Notes: generated by a model not told the origin, from the sequence alone. 63,968 nucleotides of DNA, filler included, from Candidatus Omnitrophota bacterium (GCA_015233495.1; 3 parts of 3 records of this genome joined end to end with filler, not necessarily neighbours in it), one strand, 5' to 3'. Positions 38,030 through 48,749 are shown, counted from the first letter of the whole stretch. Translations and numbers: made by a program.

Positions 38030-38633
38030 TTCGTTGATATCCTCCATCAAAAATAAATTCGCGAAGAGTGATAATAAAAATCAACGCGGATGCCTGCGAC
38101 GGCGGCAAACCAATATTTCCAAGAAAAATAGAAAATATCGCCTTTAGTTTCGCGTCAAAAAAGAAAACGTCTAATAATTGGGCGGCTGTCAGATTTTTTG
38201 TCTTAGAAGCGATCGGCCTTAAATCATTTATCATAATAAATTGAAAAAATCGTTCGAGGGCATTATGTTCTTTAGGAAAAAGCTTCGACAATCCCTCTTT
38301 TGTGCGCTCTCTGTCTTTATATATAAATAGTTCGAAATCCGGCATCACGATTCGATCCGTAATATCGCTCGACAAAAACTCAAAATTATTCCATAAATTC
38401 AATTCTTCCAAAATTTGACGCAAAATGCCTTCCTGGCGCAAACTCCCAAGATAATGCACCCCGGCATCGAACAAAAACCCCTTTCTTTCAAACGAAGAAC
38501 AGCACCCTCCCGGCTTAGAATGCTTTTCCAACATCAAAACCTTCAAACCGGCTTTGGCTAAATAACAACCGCACACCAGACCACCGATTCCGGAGCCGAT
38601 AACAATAACGTCATATTTCGTGTCAGAGGTCAT
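38030..38633 (-). pseudogene. 3'-truncated phytoene desaturase-like FAD oxidoreductase
   Basis: DVIVIGSGIGGL, PGGCCSSFERKGFLFDAGVHY; homology stops at FDGGY (about 200 aa) and the ORF then reads into antisense nfnB. Confidence 0.75.
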
Positions 38634-39220
38634 TCTCGCATCTCCACGGTTTTCGAATAATCCTTCCGGGGCGACCGCTGGGTCGGCTCATCTGACACGT
38701 ATCCCATCGTGACAATAGCTACCATACGGCCTTCGGCCCGGACGATGTCATTGATTTCTCTTTCAAATAATACCGGAATGTCTAGCCAACACGTCCCAAC
38801 GCCCAAAGTTTCCGCGATTAAAACCATATTTTGAATGGCGGCAGCAATGGCCTCAAATTCAGCCAACTTAATATTTTCATAATAAAGCTCAGAAATCTTT
38901 TTTACCCGCTCGGAAACACAACGCGTGTTGTAAACCACAATCAAAGCCGGAGCGCTTTCAATGATCTTCGCGACATAAGTCATCATGCCCGAACCAAAGC
39001 CGACTTTTCCCGCGTTGGTTTTCATCACCGCGTCAATGGCTTTAATCATCTCGCGATTTTTTACGACAATAAATCGTCCCGGCTGAGCGCCAACTACGGA
39101 CGGGCCAAAAATCCCAGCCTCAAGGATTTTGTCAATGATGTCCTGAGAGATTAGTTTATCCAAATATTTTCTCGTACTCGCCCGTGTTCTAATCACAGAC
39201 AAGATTTCCGCGTCTTTCAT
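38630..39220 (-). CDS. Nitroreductase-family protein
   Basis: IRTRASTRKY, GPS..GAQP, AIQNMVLIAETLGVGTCW, MGY. Confidence 0.88.
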   Translation of the reverse strand: MKDAEILSVIRTRASTRKYLDKLISQDIIDKILEAGIFGPSVVGAQPGRFIVVKNREMIKAIDAVMKTNAGKVGFGSGMMTYVAKIIESAPALIVVYNTRCVSERVKKISELYYENIKLAEFEAIAAAIQNMVLIAETLGVGTCWLDIPVLFEREINDIVRAEGRMVAIVTMGYVSDEPTQRSPRKDYSKTVEMRE

Positions 39221-39230
39221 GGTAATCTCT

Positions 39231-39476
39231 TTATGTTTTTCCCTGCATGAGTTCCACAACGACTTTTACGGTTGCATTGATTGATGTAAGTTTTGTAAGT
39301 GCTTCTTCCGGAATGACAACACGAAATTTCTTCTCGACACTCGCCAAAATTTCCAGAGCAAGCATGGAATCCATTCCAAAATCTTTCACAAATGAACCCT
39401 CGTCAGTAATCTTACTTGAATCTATTTCCAAAATCTCCGCGACAATACCACGTATGGTTTCTTTGATGTCATCCAT
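39231..39476 (-). CDS. Acyl carrier protein
   Basis: DFGMDSMLALEI phosphopantetheine motif, 81 aa, acidic. Confidence 0.9.
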   Translation of the reverse strand: MDDIKETIRGIVAEILEIDSSKITDEGSFVKDFGMDSMLALEILASVEKKFRVVIPEEALTKLTSINATVKVVVELMQGKT

Positions 39477-39643
39477 TATCGCCGTCCTTTCCTATGTTAG
39501 CGCGGTTTGATTGCCCGTTACCAGTGGAAATGACCCTATGGTAAACTCTTGCCCGAAACTAAAAAAAAATCCGGCATGAACCGGAATATGCTTTTTTTCT
39601 GCCGCCGGGTTTTCATCCAGCGTTATGCCTCCCGCTACGCTGA

Positions 39644-40498
39644 CTATCCTCGCGCCTGTTCTTCGGCTTTTGCTTCCGTTTCGCTCATGTCTTTTTCTTC
39701 TTTCGTGATCACATCCCGGATTTTTTGCAAAGTTTCCGCTTCGATCTGCCGCACCCGTTCCCGCGAAACCCCCAGCACTTTCGCGATCGCCGCTAAAGTC
39801 CGCTGTTCACCGTCGGTTAATCCATAGCGCAGCTCAATGATTGTCCGTTCCCGTTCCGTAAGCAGAGCCAAAAATTCATCCGCCCGTTCTTTGCTTAAAA
39901 ACCCTTCCATCTCGACTTCCGGGCTGACCGCGTTTTCATCTTCGATAATATCCTTGATCTGGCCTTCGCCTTCTTCGCCAATCGGCGCTTCCAAACTCGA
40001 CATCTTGGTCACGGAATTTTCCAGATCGCGGATTTTATAGATCGGACATTTCATGCGTTTGGCGATTTCAGCCAAGGTGGGTTTGCGCCGCATATTGTGC
40101 GACATTTTTTCCAGAGTTTTTTTGTACTTGAATATTTCTTCGTTCAAATACACCGGCACCCGGATCATTTTCCCCTGGTCGATAATCGCCCGGGAAATGC
40201 CCTGTTTGATCCACCAAGCCGCGTAGGTGGAAAATCGAAACCCTTTATCCGGGTCAAATTTCTCGACGCCGCGCATCAGCCCGATGTTGCCTTCTTCAAT
40301 CAGGTCGTTTAAAGGCACCCCCAGATTAACATAACGTTTCGCGATGCTGATCACGAGACGCAGATTCGCCCGGATCATTTTTTCCCGGGCGGCTTTATCC
40401 CCTTTTTTCACGCGATAAGCTAAGTCAAGCTCCTCTTCCGGAGAGAGAAGCGGGATGGAACGGATGTCCTTGAGGTAGGATTTTACGGAATCAATCAT
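39644..40498 (-). CDS. Sigma-70 factor, RpoD/RpoS-like, lacking region 1.1
   Basis: [48 protein letters not shown]. Confidence 0.93.
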   Translation of the reverse strand: MIDSVKSYLKDIRSIPLLSPEEELDLAYRVKKGDKAAREKMIRANLRLVISIAKRYVNLGVPLNDLIEEGNIGLMRGVEKFDPDKGFRFSTYAAWWIKQGISRAIIDQGKMIRVPVYLNEEIFKYKKTLEKMSHNMRRKPTLAEIAKRMKCPIYKIRDLENSVTKMSSLEAPIGEEGEGQIKDIIEDENAVSPEVEMEGFLSKERADEFLALLTERERTIIELRYGLTDGEQRTLAAIAKVLGVSRERVRQIEAETLQKIRDVITKEEKDMSETEAKAEEQARG

Positions 40499-40508
40499 AA
40501 TGAAATAC

Positions 40509-40561
40509 GCTCAAGGCTGAAGGCTCAAGGGAAAAATGCCCTTGAGCCTTGAGCCTTGAAC
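40509..40561. repeat. Heptamer-tandem hairpin (AGGCTCA/TGAGCCT)
   Basis: GCTCAAGGCTGAAGGCTCAAGGG-AAAAATG-CCCTTGAGCCTTGAGCCTTGAAC between ppdK and the sigma gene. Confidence 0.7.
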
Positions 40562-40567
40562 AATTTA

Positions 40568-43365
40568 TTATTTCCTTTTACTGACTTTTTTAACAGCTTT
40601 TTTTAAAATTTTCTTGCCTGTCAACTTATCTTCCACCGCTGCCTGCGCTGCCGCCAAACGGGCAATCGGCACGCGGAACGGCGAACAGCTGACATAATTC
40701 ATGCCTACGCGGTGACAAAATTTCACGCTGTCCGCATCCCCGCCGTGCTCTCCGCATATCCCGACTTTCAAATTCGGGCGCACCGCGCGGCCGCGTTCGA
40801 TACTGATCTTGATCAGTTCGCCAACCCCGTCCTGATCGATAGTCTGAAACGGATCCGCCGGCAAAACTTTGGCCGTCAGATAATCCGGCAAGAAACTGCC
40901 GATATCGTCCCGGCTGAACCCAAAGCTCATCTGGGTCAAGTCATTCGTGCCGAAGGAGAAAAATTCCGCGGATTCCGCCATTTTTCCGGATTGGAGCGCG
41001 GCGCGCGGGATTTCGATCATGGTGCCGTACATAAACGGCAGACTCTTGAGCGCGAATTTCGCGCAGACTTCTTTATTGATTTTGTCCACCAAAGCTTTCT
41101 GATGGATAATTTCATTCTGAGTGCAGGTTACCGGAATCATGATTTCCGGAACCGCTTTTTTCCCTTCCTTAATTAACTCGGCCGCCGCTTCCAGAATCGC
41201 CCGGACTTGCATCTCGGTGATTTCGGGATAAGTGACGCCCAAACGCACGCCGCGATGCCCTAACATCGGGTTGTTTTCCCGCAAGGATTCGGCGCGTTTA
41301 TGCAGTTCCGCCATTTCCACGCCTAATTCCACAGCCAAAGCTTTCAATTTGTCTTCAGCGTGCGGAACGAATTCATGCAGGGGAGGGTCCAATAAACGGA
41401 TAGTTACCGGATAGCCTTTCATGGCTTCGATCGTGGCCTTCATATCGTTTTTGACGAACGGAAACAATTCATCCAAGGCCTTGCGGCGTTCCGTTTCGGA
41501 TTTGGAAACGATCATCTTGCGCAAAAGGAACAATGGCTTGTCACTGCCTTCGCCGTAAAACATATGTTCCGTGCGGAAAAGCCCAATGCCTTCGGCGCCG
41601 AACTTGATCGCCTGAGCCGCGTCTTTGGGGGTGTCGGCGTTGGTGCGCACCTTGATCACGCGCACTTTGTCGACGAGTTTCATCAATTCCACGTAAGAAT
41701 CATTATGATCCAGATCCACGTCCACCAACGGCAAACTCCCCTGATAAACCAGCCCTTTGGTCCCGTTTAATGTGATCCAATCGCCTTCTTTAATCGTGGC
41801 GCCTTTTTTGGTGGTGAAGGATTTGCCGTCATCCCCGATTTCCACGTCGGAACAGCCGACAATGCAGCATTTTCCCCAACCGCGCGCCACCAAAGCGGCG
41901 TGCGAAGTCATGCCGCCTTTGCTGGTCAAAATAGCCTGCGCCTTGTGCATACCGTCCACGTCTTCCGGCGAAGTTTCTTCCCGGACCAAAATCACTTTTT
42001 CGCCGCGGCCCGCCCAAGCCACCGCGTCCGCGGAGGTGAACACTGCCCGGCCTTTGGCCGCGCCCGGACCAGCCGGCAAACCTTTGGCGATGGAAGCGTT
42101 CGCGACTTCCGCTTTCGGGTCAATCATCGGGAGCAGCAGCTCGACAAGCTGATTCGGTCCCACCCGCATCACCGCGGTGTCCAAATCAATCAATTTTTCT
42201 TTGAACATCTCGGTCGCGATCCGCACCGCGGCCACGCCGTTGCGTTTGCCGACCCGGCATTGCAGCATGAACAACTTGCCTTTTTCGATCGTGAATTCAA
42301 TGTCCTGCATATCCTTATAATGTTTTTCCAAACGCTTGCGTATGCTGTCCAGATCCTTGTAAATCGACGGCATCACCGTAGCCAGCGTCGGAAGATTCTT
42401 GCTTTGGTCATTCTTGGAATAATCATTGATCGGACTCGGGGTGCGGATGCCGGCTACCACGTCTTCGCCCTGCGCGTTGATCAAATATTCGCCGTAAAAA
42501 AACGCCTCGCCATTGCCCGGGTTACGGCTGAAAGCCACGCCCGTAGCGCTGTCATCGCCCATGTTGCCGAACACCATGGACTGAACCGTAACCGCCGTGC
42601 CCCACTCATCCGGGATGCGTTCAATGCGGCGATAATCGACGGCGCGTTTGCCGTTCCAGCTCATAAACACCGCGCCAATCCCGCCCCACAATTGGTCCAT
42701 CGGGTTTTCCGGAAAAGCCTTGCCCAAAACCTCTTTCACGGTTTTTTTGAATTCCGCCACCAGGTCTTTTAATTCGTCCGCAGTCAATTCGGTGTCCAAT
42801 TTATAACCGCGGGATTTTTTGACGTGTTCCAATTTTTCGTCCAACACCTTGCGGATGCCTTTGCCGTCTTTGGGTTCAATCCCGGCCGCTTTTTCCATAA
42901 CCACGTCGGAATACATCATGATGAGCCGTCGATAGGCGTCATAAGCGAAACGCGGATTTTTGGTCTGCGCGATGAGACCCTGCACCGTGATATCATTTAA
43001 GCCCACGTTTAAAACCGTATCCATCATGCCCGGCATCGAACGCCGCGCCCCGGAACGCACCGAAACCAAAAGCGGGTTTTTCGCGTCGCCGAATTTTTTG
43101 CCCATCAATTTTTCCACTTGCTTAAGCGCAGTCTCGACCTGGACTTTCATTTCTTTCGGATAGGATTTTTTATTTGCGTAATAATAAGTGCAGACTTCCG
43201 TCGNNNNNNNNNNNNNNNNNNNNNNNNNNNNNNNNNNNNNNNNNNNNNNNNNNNNNNNNNNNNNNNNNNNNNNNNNNNNNNNNNNNNNNNNNNNNNNNNN
43301 NNNNNNNNNNNNNNNNNNNNNNNNNNNTTTCCCCCGCCGAATGAGTAAACTTACTTCTTAGCCAT
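40568..43365 (-). CDS. ppdK: Pyruvate, phosphate dikinase (spans the N gap; codon 5 reads TAA)
   Basis: MAKK*VYSFGGG start with AAGGAG RBS; PLLVSVRSGA, GGMTSHAA, GIGLFRTEHMF, SFGTNDLTQ, GICGEHGG. Confidence 0.95.
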
Positions 43366-43395
43366 TTGTTCCTCTCCTTTAATAGTTTCCTACAA

Positions 43396-43844
43396 TTAAA
43401 CAAACCGTTCCTGAAAATACCGTTGCAAATTTTCTACCGGGATCCGTTCCTGGCGCATGGTGTCGCGTTCCCGGACTGTGACCTGTCGGTCTTCCAACGA
43501 CTGAACGTCTACGGTCACGCAAAAAAATGTCCCAATTTCATCCTGCCGGCGGTAAAGTTTGCCGATCGCGGCGGTGTCGTCATAAACCGTGACCCATTGT
43601 TTCTGCAGGTCAAGCTTGACCTTTTTGGCCAGCGCGACAATACCCTCATTTTTCTTTAGCAGGGGCAAAACCGCGATCTTTACCGGAGCCAACTGTTTGC
43701 TCAACCTTAATACCACCCGCGGCCGCCCCTCCACTTCTTCTTCGGCATAAGCGTCAGCGAGGAAGGCCAAAGCTGCCCGGTCCACGCCGCCCGAAGGCTC
43801 GACGACATGCGGATAAAATTTTTCATTCGTGATATTGTCTTGAT
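43396..43844 (-). CDS. glyQS: Glycine--tRNA ligase (alpha2 type), 3' fragment
   Basis: PHVVEPSGGVDR, LAPVK, IGKLYRRQDEIGT, VTVRERDTMRQER. Confidence 0.93.
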
Positions 43845-43944
43845 NNNNNNNNNNNNNNNNNNNNNNNNNNNNNNNNNNNNNNNNNNNNTTAATTAATTAA
43901 NNNNNNNNNNNNNNNNNNNNNNNNNNNNNNNNNNNNNNNNNNNN
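43845..43944. other. Artificial contig linker
   Basis: N run with TTAATTAATTAA (43889-43900). Confidence 0.97.
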
Positions 43945-44935
43945 TTATTCCGATCGACGTAAGACTGGCCTAAGATGCTGTCTTTGAGTTTGCGTTTGTA
44001 CCAAGCGGCCAGAATAAAGGAATGGACCGCTTGACGCAGCGGCGCAAAATTCCGGCCTTCATTCACTTCTTTTTCAATTGCGGGGATAATGACTTCGCGA
44101 GTAATCCGAGTGGCAATCGCATTGTCCATCCTGCGGGCTGGCGCGACTGATGTTTCGCCTCGCGTGTAGGGGCGCCCGTTGTGGAGACTGCGCCACGATA
44201 ACGGGCGCCCACGAGGGGCGCCCCTACATCATTGACGTTGGATACCACCGCGCGTTGAACGTTATAATCTTGTTCCAGCATAACCTTCAACTGGCTTTCC
44301 ACAATGAACGCGGTCGCCTCACCAACTTTCGGCGCGGGATTTTCGTAAACTACGGATTTCGACGGGACAATCCACACTTTATTGAACGTATCCACCGGGA
44401 TGTCCGTCGTCCCATAGCGCTTCTGCGCCTCGGCGTATATCCTGTCCCAAAATTCTTTCCCCTTCGGGGTGGCCGGGTCTAACAGCGACGCAGTCAATTG
44501 TTTCAACAAATAGTCCTGCGCTAAAATGTCGCGGCCCAAGTCAGTCACGCCAAACGCTTCGGGAATCACGCGGTTTTTTTCATAAGGCGAAAGGTTCACC
44601 CAAAGATCTTTTTCCGGGACTGTAAGCGCGGCGAGGAAATATTTGATAAGAAGGTGAGAAATCTGTTCCAAATTTTGCGATTGCTTCGCGCTGTCTAAAA
44701 TAAAATCCACACGCAACGGATTATCCGCGTATACCTTGATCCCTTTCAACAAAGGCGGGACAAACGCCGGGCTCATTTCCACCCGGCTCCCGGCCGCAGG
44801 CAACACAAACCCCGCCCGCCCCGCGCCTTGGCCATAAACAAAATGTTCCGGAGCAATTACCTGAACGCAAAAAATGGCTAAAACTAAAATTAACGCGGCA
44901 GTCCCGCGTCTGAAAATTGTGTTAATCAAGTTCAT
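43945..44935 (-). CDS. N-terminal conserved domain of a secreted modular large-protein family; frameshifted and cut by the contig end
   Basis: Signal peptide; LIKYFLAALTVPEKDLWVNLSPYEK, GRDILAQDYLLKQ, TFNKVWIVP, LKVMLEQDY, then in another frame EKEVNEGRNFAPLRQ..ILAAWYK. Confidence 0.75.
44165..44228. repeat. GTAG-type REP-like palindrome inside a coding sequence
   Basis: TGTAGGGGCGCCC ... GGGCGCCCACGAGGGGCGCCCCTACA. Confidence 0.8.
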
Positions 44936-45107
44936 AATTCCCTATTTTATTTAATTCTTTACTGGAAGTGGTCGGTTCAAATATATACGACAATCTCGGA
45001 AATGGCAAATTTTTCGGGGGGAAAACCAATTTGACTCTTGGCGTAAGGCATGGTGTATTTATTCCAGAAACTGTCATATTTTGACAGTATGTGTAAAAAT
45101 TAAAAAC

Positions 45108-45230
45108 ATGAAAACCCTGACCGAAATCATTATTGAAAAAATCAATGCTGATATCTTTTAACATTCAGCATTTGCAACCTGCGTAACAGGTCCGGCGGAT
45201 AGACGATATTCGCTCTTATTGAGTGGTTAA
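45108..45230 (+). pseudogene. Remnant of an AbiEi-like (type IV TA) antitoxin N-terminus
   Basis: MKTLTEIIIEKINADIF*HSAFATCVTGPADRRYSLL with internal stop; upstream palindrome ACTGTCA-N5-TGACAGT (45070-45088). Confidence 0.35.
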
Positions 45231-46504
45231 AACCGTCCGCCGGGTAGAGTCGGCGGGGTTTGCGGGGGTAGATTCGGGGGCTTGGGAGATGACAGGCCCG
45301 GCCCAAATGAAGACGGTTTCGGTGAAACTGCCACCGGAGCAGCCGGAGGAACAGCCGGCACGCCAGGACCTGGTTGCGCCGGCGCGGCATCCGTGAACGC
45401 AAGATAACCGAGCAAAAATAGATTTGCCATAGGAAATAAAATTAAAACGCCAATCCACGACTCCCGCTGCCTAGCCTGCGCGATTTCCATCCAGAGCACA
45501 ACATCCAGTACCATCATACCAAGATATCCGATAACCGGGATACACATACAGATCACATAAAGCAAGATCCACCACCGGGGGCGTTTGGCTATGTCGCATA
45601 ACAGCAGGATATTAAAAAACGGAATCCAGGCTAACCATGCCTGCGGCGCGTTGGTTTTAACGGCTATGAATTGCAGACATAACGAACAATAAACATACAT
45701 AAACAGCCAAATAATCAAAACTCCGACGATCAGCGGTATAACCAAGGGAATAAACGTATTGCAAAGTTTTTTCCATTGCGCCTGCACTTCGCCCGGATGC
45801 TCTTTGGACCAATGTTTTACCTTGGACAGAAATTGCGGCCAGGCATGACGATGTTTTAACGCCCAGAGCGCTTCCTTGGTCAGCGAAAACTCCTCATCCA
45901 AATTAGGCACGGGCACAATTTTTTTCTGGGAAGTGGCGGCTATTTCCTGGTTCTCTTTGGCGATTTCTTGTAAAACAGCGATTTGCGCTTTTTGGTCATC
46001 TTGACGTTTTTTTTCAATCGCTTTTTGGCAAAGATCGATTTTCGCCAACACTTCCGGCTGCATCGCGGCGTCCGCCAAGGGCAGGGCCTGTTGATAAAGC
46101 GCCAACGCGCCAGTCCAGTCGTCTTTTAGCCAAGCCTGGTCTGCCGCGCGGATAATCCCGAGCGATTGGATACCCTTAAGCAGCAACTCCACCTGACTCC
46201 GGAAGGGGCTTTGCGGAAAGGACTTAAGATGTTGCTGCAAAGTGAGTTGCGCGTCATAGTAGGCCTTATCTTGAAAGAGCTGCTGCCCAACCCGAAACTC
46301 CGCCTCATCGGCAAAATGGGAATCCGGGTCGAGCGCGACCACTTTGCGAAACCCCATCAAAGCAAAATCCTTATTGCCTTCGGCCAAACTTCGCTTAGCG
46401 TCTTGAAATATCACGGCAGCATCTTGTCCAAACGCGCTCACCGCGCACCCGGCCAAAATGAAAAAAACCAAAATAATTTTTTTCACAGCTTCCCCTTTAT
46501 TCAA
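45227..46504 (-). CDS. Exported TPR/BamD-like domain fused to a DUF5684-like membrane domain and Pro-rich tail
   Basis: Signal peptide, P-x-S-x-F-A/R TPR motifs, AWLAWIPFFNI...RPRWW...LGYLAF, Pro-rich C-terminus. Confidence 0.7.
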   Translation of the reverse strand: MNKGEAVKKIILVFFILAGCAVSAFGQDAAVIFQDAKRSLAEGNKDFALMGFRKVVALDPDSHFADEAEFRVGQQLFQDKAYYDAQLTLQQHLKSFPQSPFRSQVELLLKGIQSLGIIRAADQAWLKDDWTGALALYQQALPLADAAMQPEVLAKIDLCQKAIEKKRQDDQKAQIAVLQEIAKENQEIAATSQKKIVPVPNLDEEFSLTKEALWALKHRHAWPQFLSKVKHWSKEHPGEVQAQWKKLCNTFIPLVIPLIVGVLIIWLFMYVYCSLCLQFIAVKTNAPQAWLAWIPFFNILLLCDIAKRPRWWILLYVICMCIPVIGYLGMMVLDVVLWMEIAQARQRESWIGVLILFPMANLFLLGYLAFTDAAPAQPGPGVPAVPPAAPVAVSPKPSSFGPGLSSPKPPNLPPQTPPTLPGGRF

Positions 46505-47555
46505 TTTTCGCCAAAAACGCGGTTTTGTCCAAAGCCTTCATGTATGCGTCTTCCGGTTTCACCCGCTTTGCCCATACCAAATCTGACAGGCACTCGTCCA
46601 TCAAAACCATACCTTTGCCGCGGTTCAATTGAATTTCGGAAATCAATTTGGATGCGTCGCCTTCCATAATTATCGGGCTTAATCCCGGAGTCTTCAGCAA
46701 AATCTCATACGCCACCCAACGCCTTGTCCCATCGCTGCCGCGCAGCAGCTGCTGCGAAACCACGCCTTGCAGCGTGTTGGAAAGACCGGTGCGGATCTGA
46801 TTTTTTTTATTCGCCGGAAACACATCGATGATCCGATCAATCGTCTTGGCCGCGGAATTGGTATGCAAGGTGCCAAAAACCAGAATCCCCATTTGCGCCG
46901 CGGTCAAAGCCAACAAGATCGTTTCCGGATCGCGCATTTCTCCCACTAAAATAATATTCGCGTCGCTCTTGATAGCGCCGCGCAAACCCGACGCGAACGA
47001 TGCCGTGTCGAGGCCGACCTCCCGATGCGCGATCAAACATTTCTGATTTTGATGGACGAACTCCACCGGCTCTTCAATGGTCACGATCTTTTTCCGGGTA
47101 GTCCGGTTAATGTGATCGATGACCGCGGCTAAAGTTGTGGACTTGCCGCTTCCCGTCGGCCCGGTGATTAAAACCAAACCGGAACGCAATTCCCCGAATG
47201 ATTTCATCACCTCGGGCATATTCAATTTTTCCAAAGGCACGATCTCCGACGGAATGATGCGGAATACCGCGCCGTAACCATGGGCCTGGCGAAAATAATT
47301 CGCGCGGAAACGCGCCCGCGTCCCTAAGTTATAAGCAAAATCTAAATCGCCGGCATCCAAATATTTCCGCCAACGCTCCGGAGAGACAATTTCTTCCAAC
47401 ATTTGCAAAATGGAATCTTCCGGCACAATATCACTGCCCACAATGTCCTGCAAATGACCATGCACGCGAACCTTAGGCCTGCGGCCTTGGGCTAAGTGCA
47501 GATCCGAGCCGGCCACTTCGATCAATTTATAAAAAAGCGCGTCAATTTTAGCCAA
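46497..47555 (-). CDS. pilT: PilT/PilU-family pilus retraction ATPase
   Basis: GSDLHL, RFRAN, TGPTGSGKSTTLAA, TIEEPVE, VGEMRD, GTLHT. Confidence 0.9.
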   Translation of the reverse strand: MAKIDALFYKLIEVAGSDLHLAQGRRPKVRVHGHLQDIVGSDIVPEDSILQMLEEIVSPERWRKYLDAGDLDFAYNLGTRARFRANYFRQAHGYGAVFRIIPSEIVPLEKLNMPEVMKSFGELRSGLVLITGPTGSGKSTTLAAVIDHINRTTRKKIVTIEEPVEFVHQNQKCLIAHREVGLDTASFASGLRGAIKSDANIILVGEMRDPETILLALTAAQMGILVFGTLHTNSAAKTIDRIIDVFPANKKNQIRTGLSNTLQGVVSQQLLRGSDGTRRWVAYEILLKTPGLSPIIMEGDASKLISEIQLNRGKGMVLMDECLSDLVWAKRVKPEDAYMKALDKTAFLAKIE

Positions 47556-48708
47556 CCGGGCCTCCCGACTCTAAGTAAGACGCGAACAAAGACGGATTGA
47601 TCGCCCGGTTGTAAGCCTCTTCGCCGCTAATCAAAAGTTGATCCACCAAATCCTTTAAGGAATGATCCAGCAAAACCATGCCGTCATTTTTTCCCATGGC
47701 GATCGCGTAATTCAATTGTTTGGTCCGTCCGCTGCGGATCATATTCGCGGCTGCCACATTCATCACCAAAACCTCATAGGCGGCGACCATGCTCTGACCG
47801 TCCACCCGCGGGATCAATTGCTGGCAAATAACACCGCGCAAAGATTCGGAAATCATGCTGGCGATAATCGTTTGCTCATCCGGCGGAAAAGAATTGATCA
47901 GCGAAGTCACGGTCTGCGCCGCGTCATTGGTATTCATGGTGCCAAACACCAAATGCCCAGTCTCCGCGGCAGTCACGGCCAACTGAATGCTTTCTAAATC
48001 GCGCAGTTCACTGACAATCATAACGTCCGGGTCTTCGCGCAAAGCGGCGCGCAACGCGTTGGCTTGCGAAAGCGTGTGCAGGTTGACCTGGCGCTGAGTG
48101 ATTTGACAGCGTTTCGGTTCGTAAATAATTTCAATGGGATTTTCAATTGTTATAATATGGTCCCAGCGGGTTTGATTGATCATCTCGACTAAGGTGGCCA
48201 AGGTGCTGCTCTTTCCGCACCCGGCTGGCCCGGCTACCAAAACCAAACCCTGCGCCCATTTCGTCAAACTTTCACAACACCGCGGCAGTCCGGATTCGGA
48301 GACACTGCGGATATTTTGATCAATCACCCGCGCCACCCAATCCCAGCCAAAATGCTGGCGCATGACTGTGACGCGAAACCGGCCATATCCCGAAATCGCG
48401 TGCACAAACTCCGTGTCTCCGGTGGCTTTGGCCTGGACCCACTGATCCGCGGGAAGCCCGTCTTGCAGCATGGCTTCAATGTTTCCACCGTCGAGAATAT
48501 CTTTACCCGCCGATATCAAACTGCCAAATTTGCGCAAAACAATCGGACTGCGGCTGACTACGTGCACATCTGAGGCGCCGCTTTCCCGGGCAAAAGCCAA
48601 AATCTCATCGAAAGAAGACTGCGGGGTCAACGCGGCAGGCGGAGGAAATTGTCTTTCCCCGCCGCCCGAATGAATATGAAATTTTTCTGGAAGTTTGGAT
48701 AGCCGCAT
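47548..48708 (-). CDS. PilT/PilU-family ATPase, second paralogue
   Basis: GASDVH, GPAGCGKSSTLA, TIENPIE, ALREDPDV, AAETGHLV. Confidence 0.9.
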   Translation of the reverse strand: MRLSKLPEKFHIHSGGGERQFPPPAALTPQSSFDEILAFARESGASDVHVVSRSPIVLRKFGSLISAGKDILDGGNIEAMLQDGLPADQWVQAKATGDTEFVHAISGYGRFRVTVMRQHFGWDWVARVIDQNIRSVSESGLPRCCESLTKWAQGLVLVAGPAGCGKSSTLATLVEMINQTRWDHIITIENPIEIIYEPKRCQITQRQVNLHTLSQANALRAALREDPDVMIVSELRDLESIQLAVTAAETGHLVFGTMNTNDAAQTVTSLINSFPPDEQTIIASMISESLRGVICQQLIPRVDGQSMVAAYEVLVMNVAAANMIRSGRTKQLNYAIAMGKNDGMVLLDHSLKDLVDQLLISGEEAYNRAINPSLFASYLESGGPVG

Positions 48709-48749
48709 AATGACTATTTTAAACCTTAAAAGTCCGCTTGGGACAATTT

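Noticed and set aside
41900..42772. Long antisense or alternate-frame ORFs (also 592..1350, 5675..6175, 25002..25493, 48885..49484)
   Set aside because: Shadows of well-supported genes with no recognisable motifs.
43351..43353. Stop-codon reassignment (TAA read as Tyr)
   Set aside because: TAA ends many genes here at the expected positions; this is a single case next to a gap.
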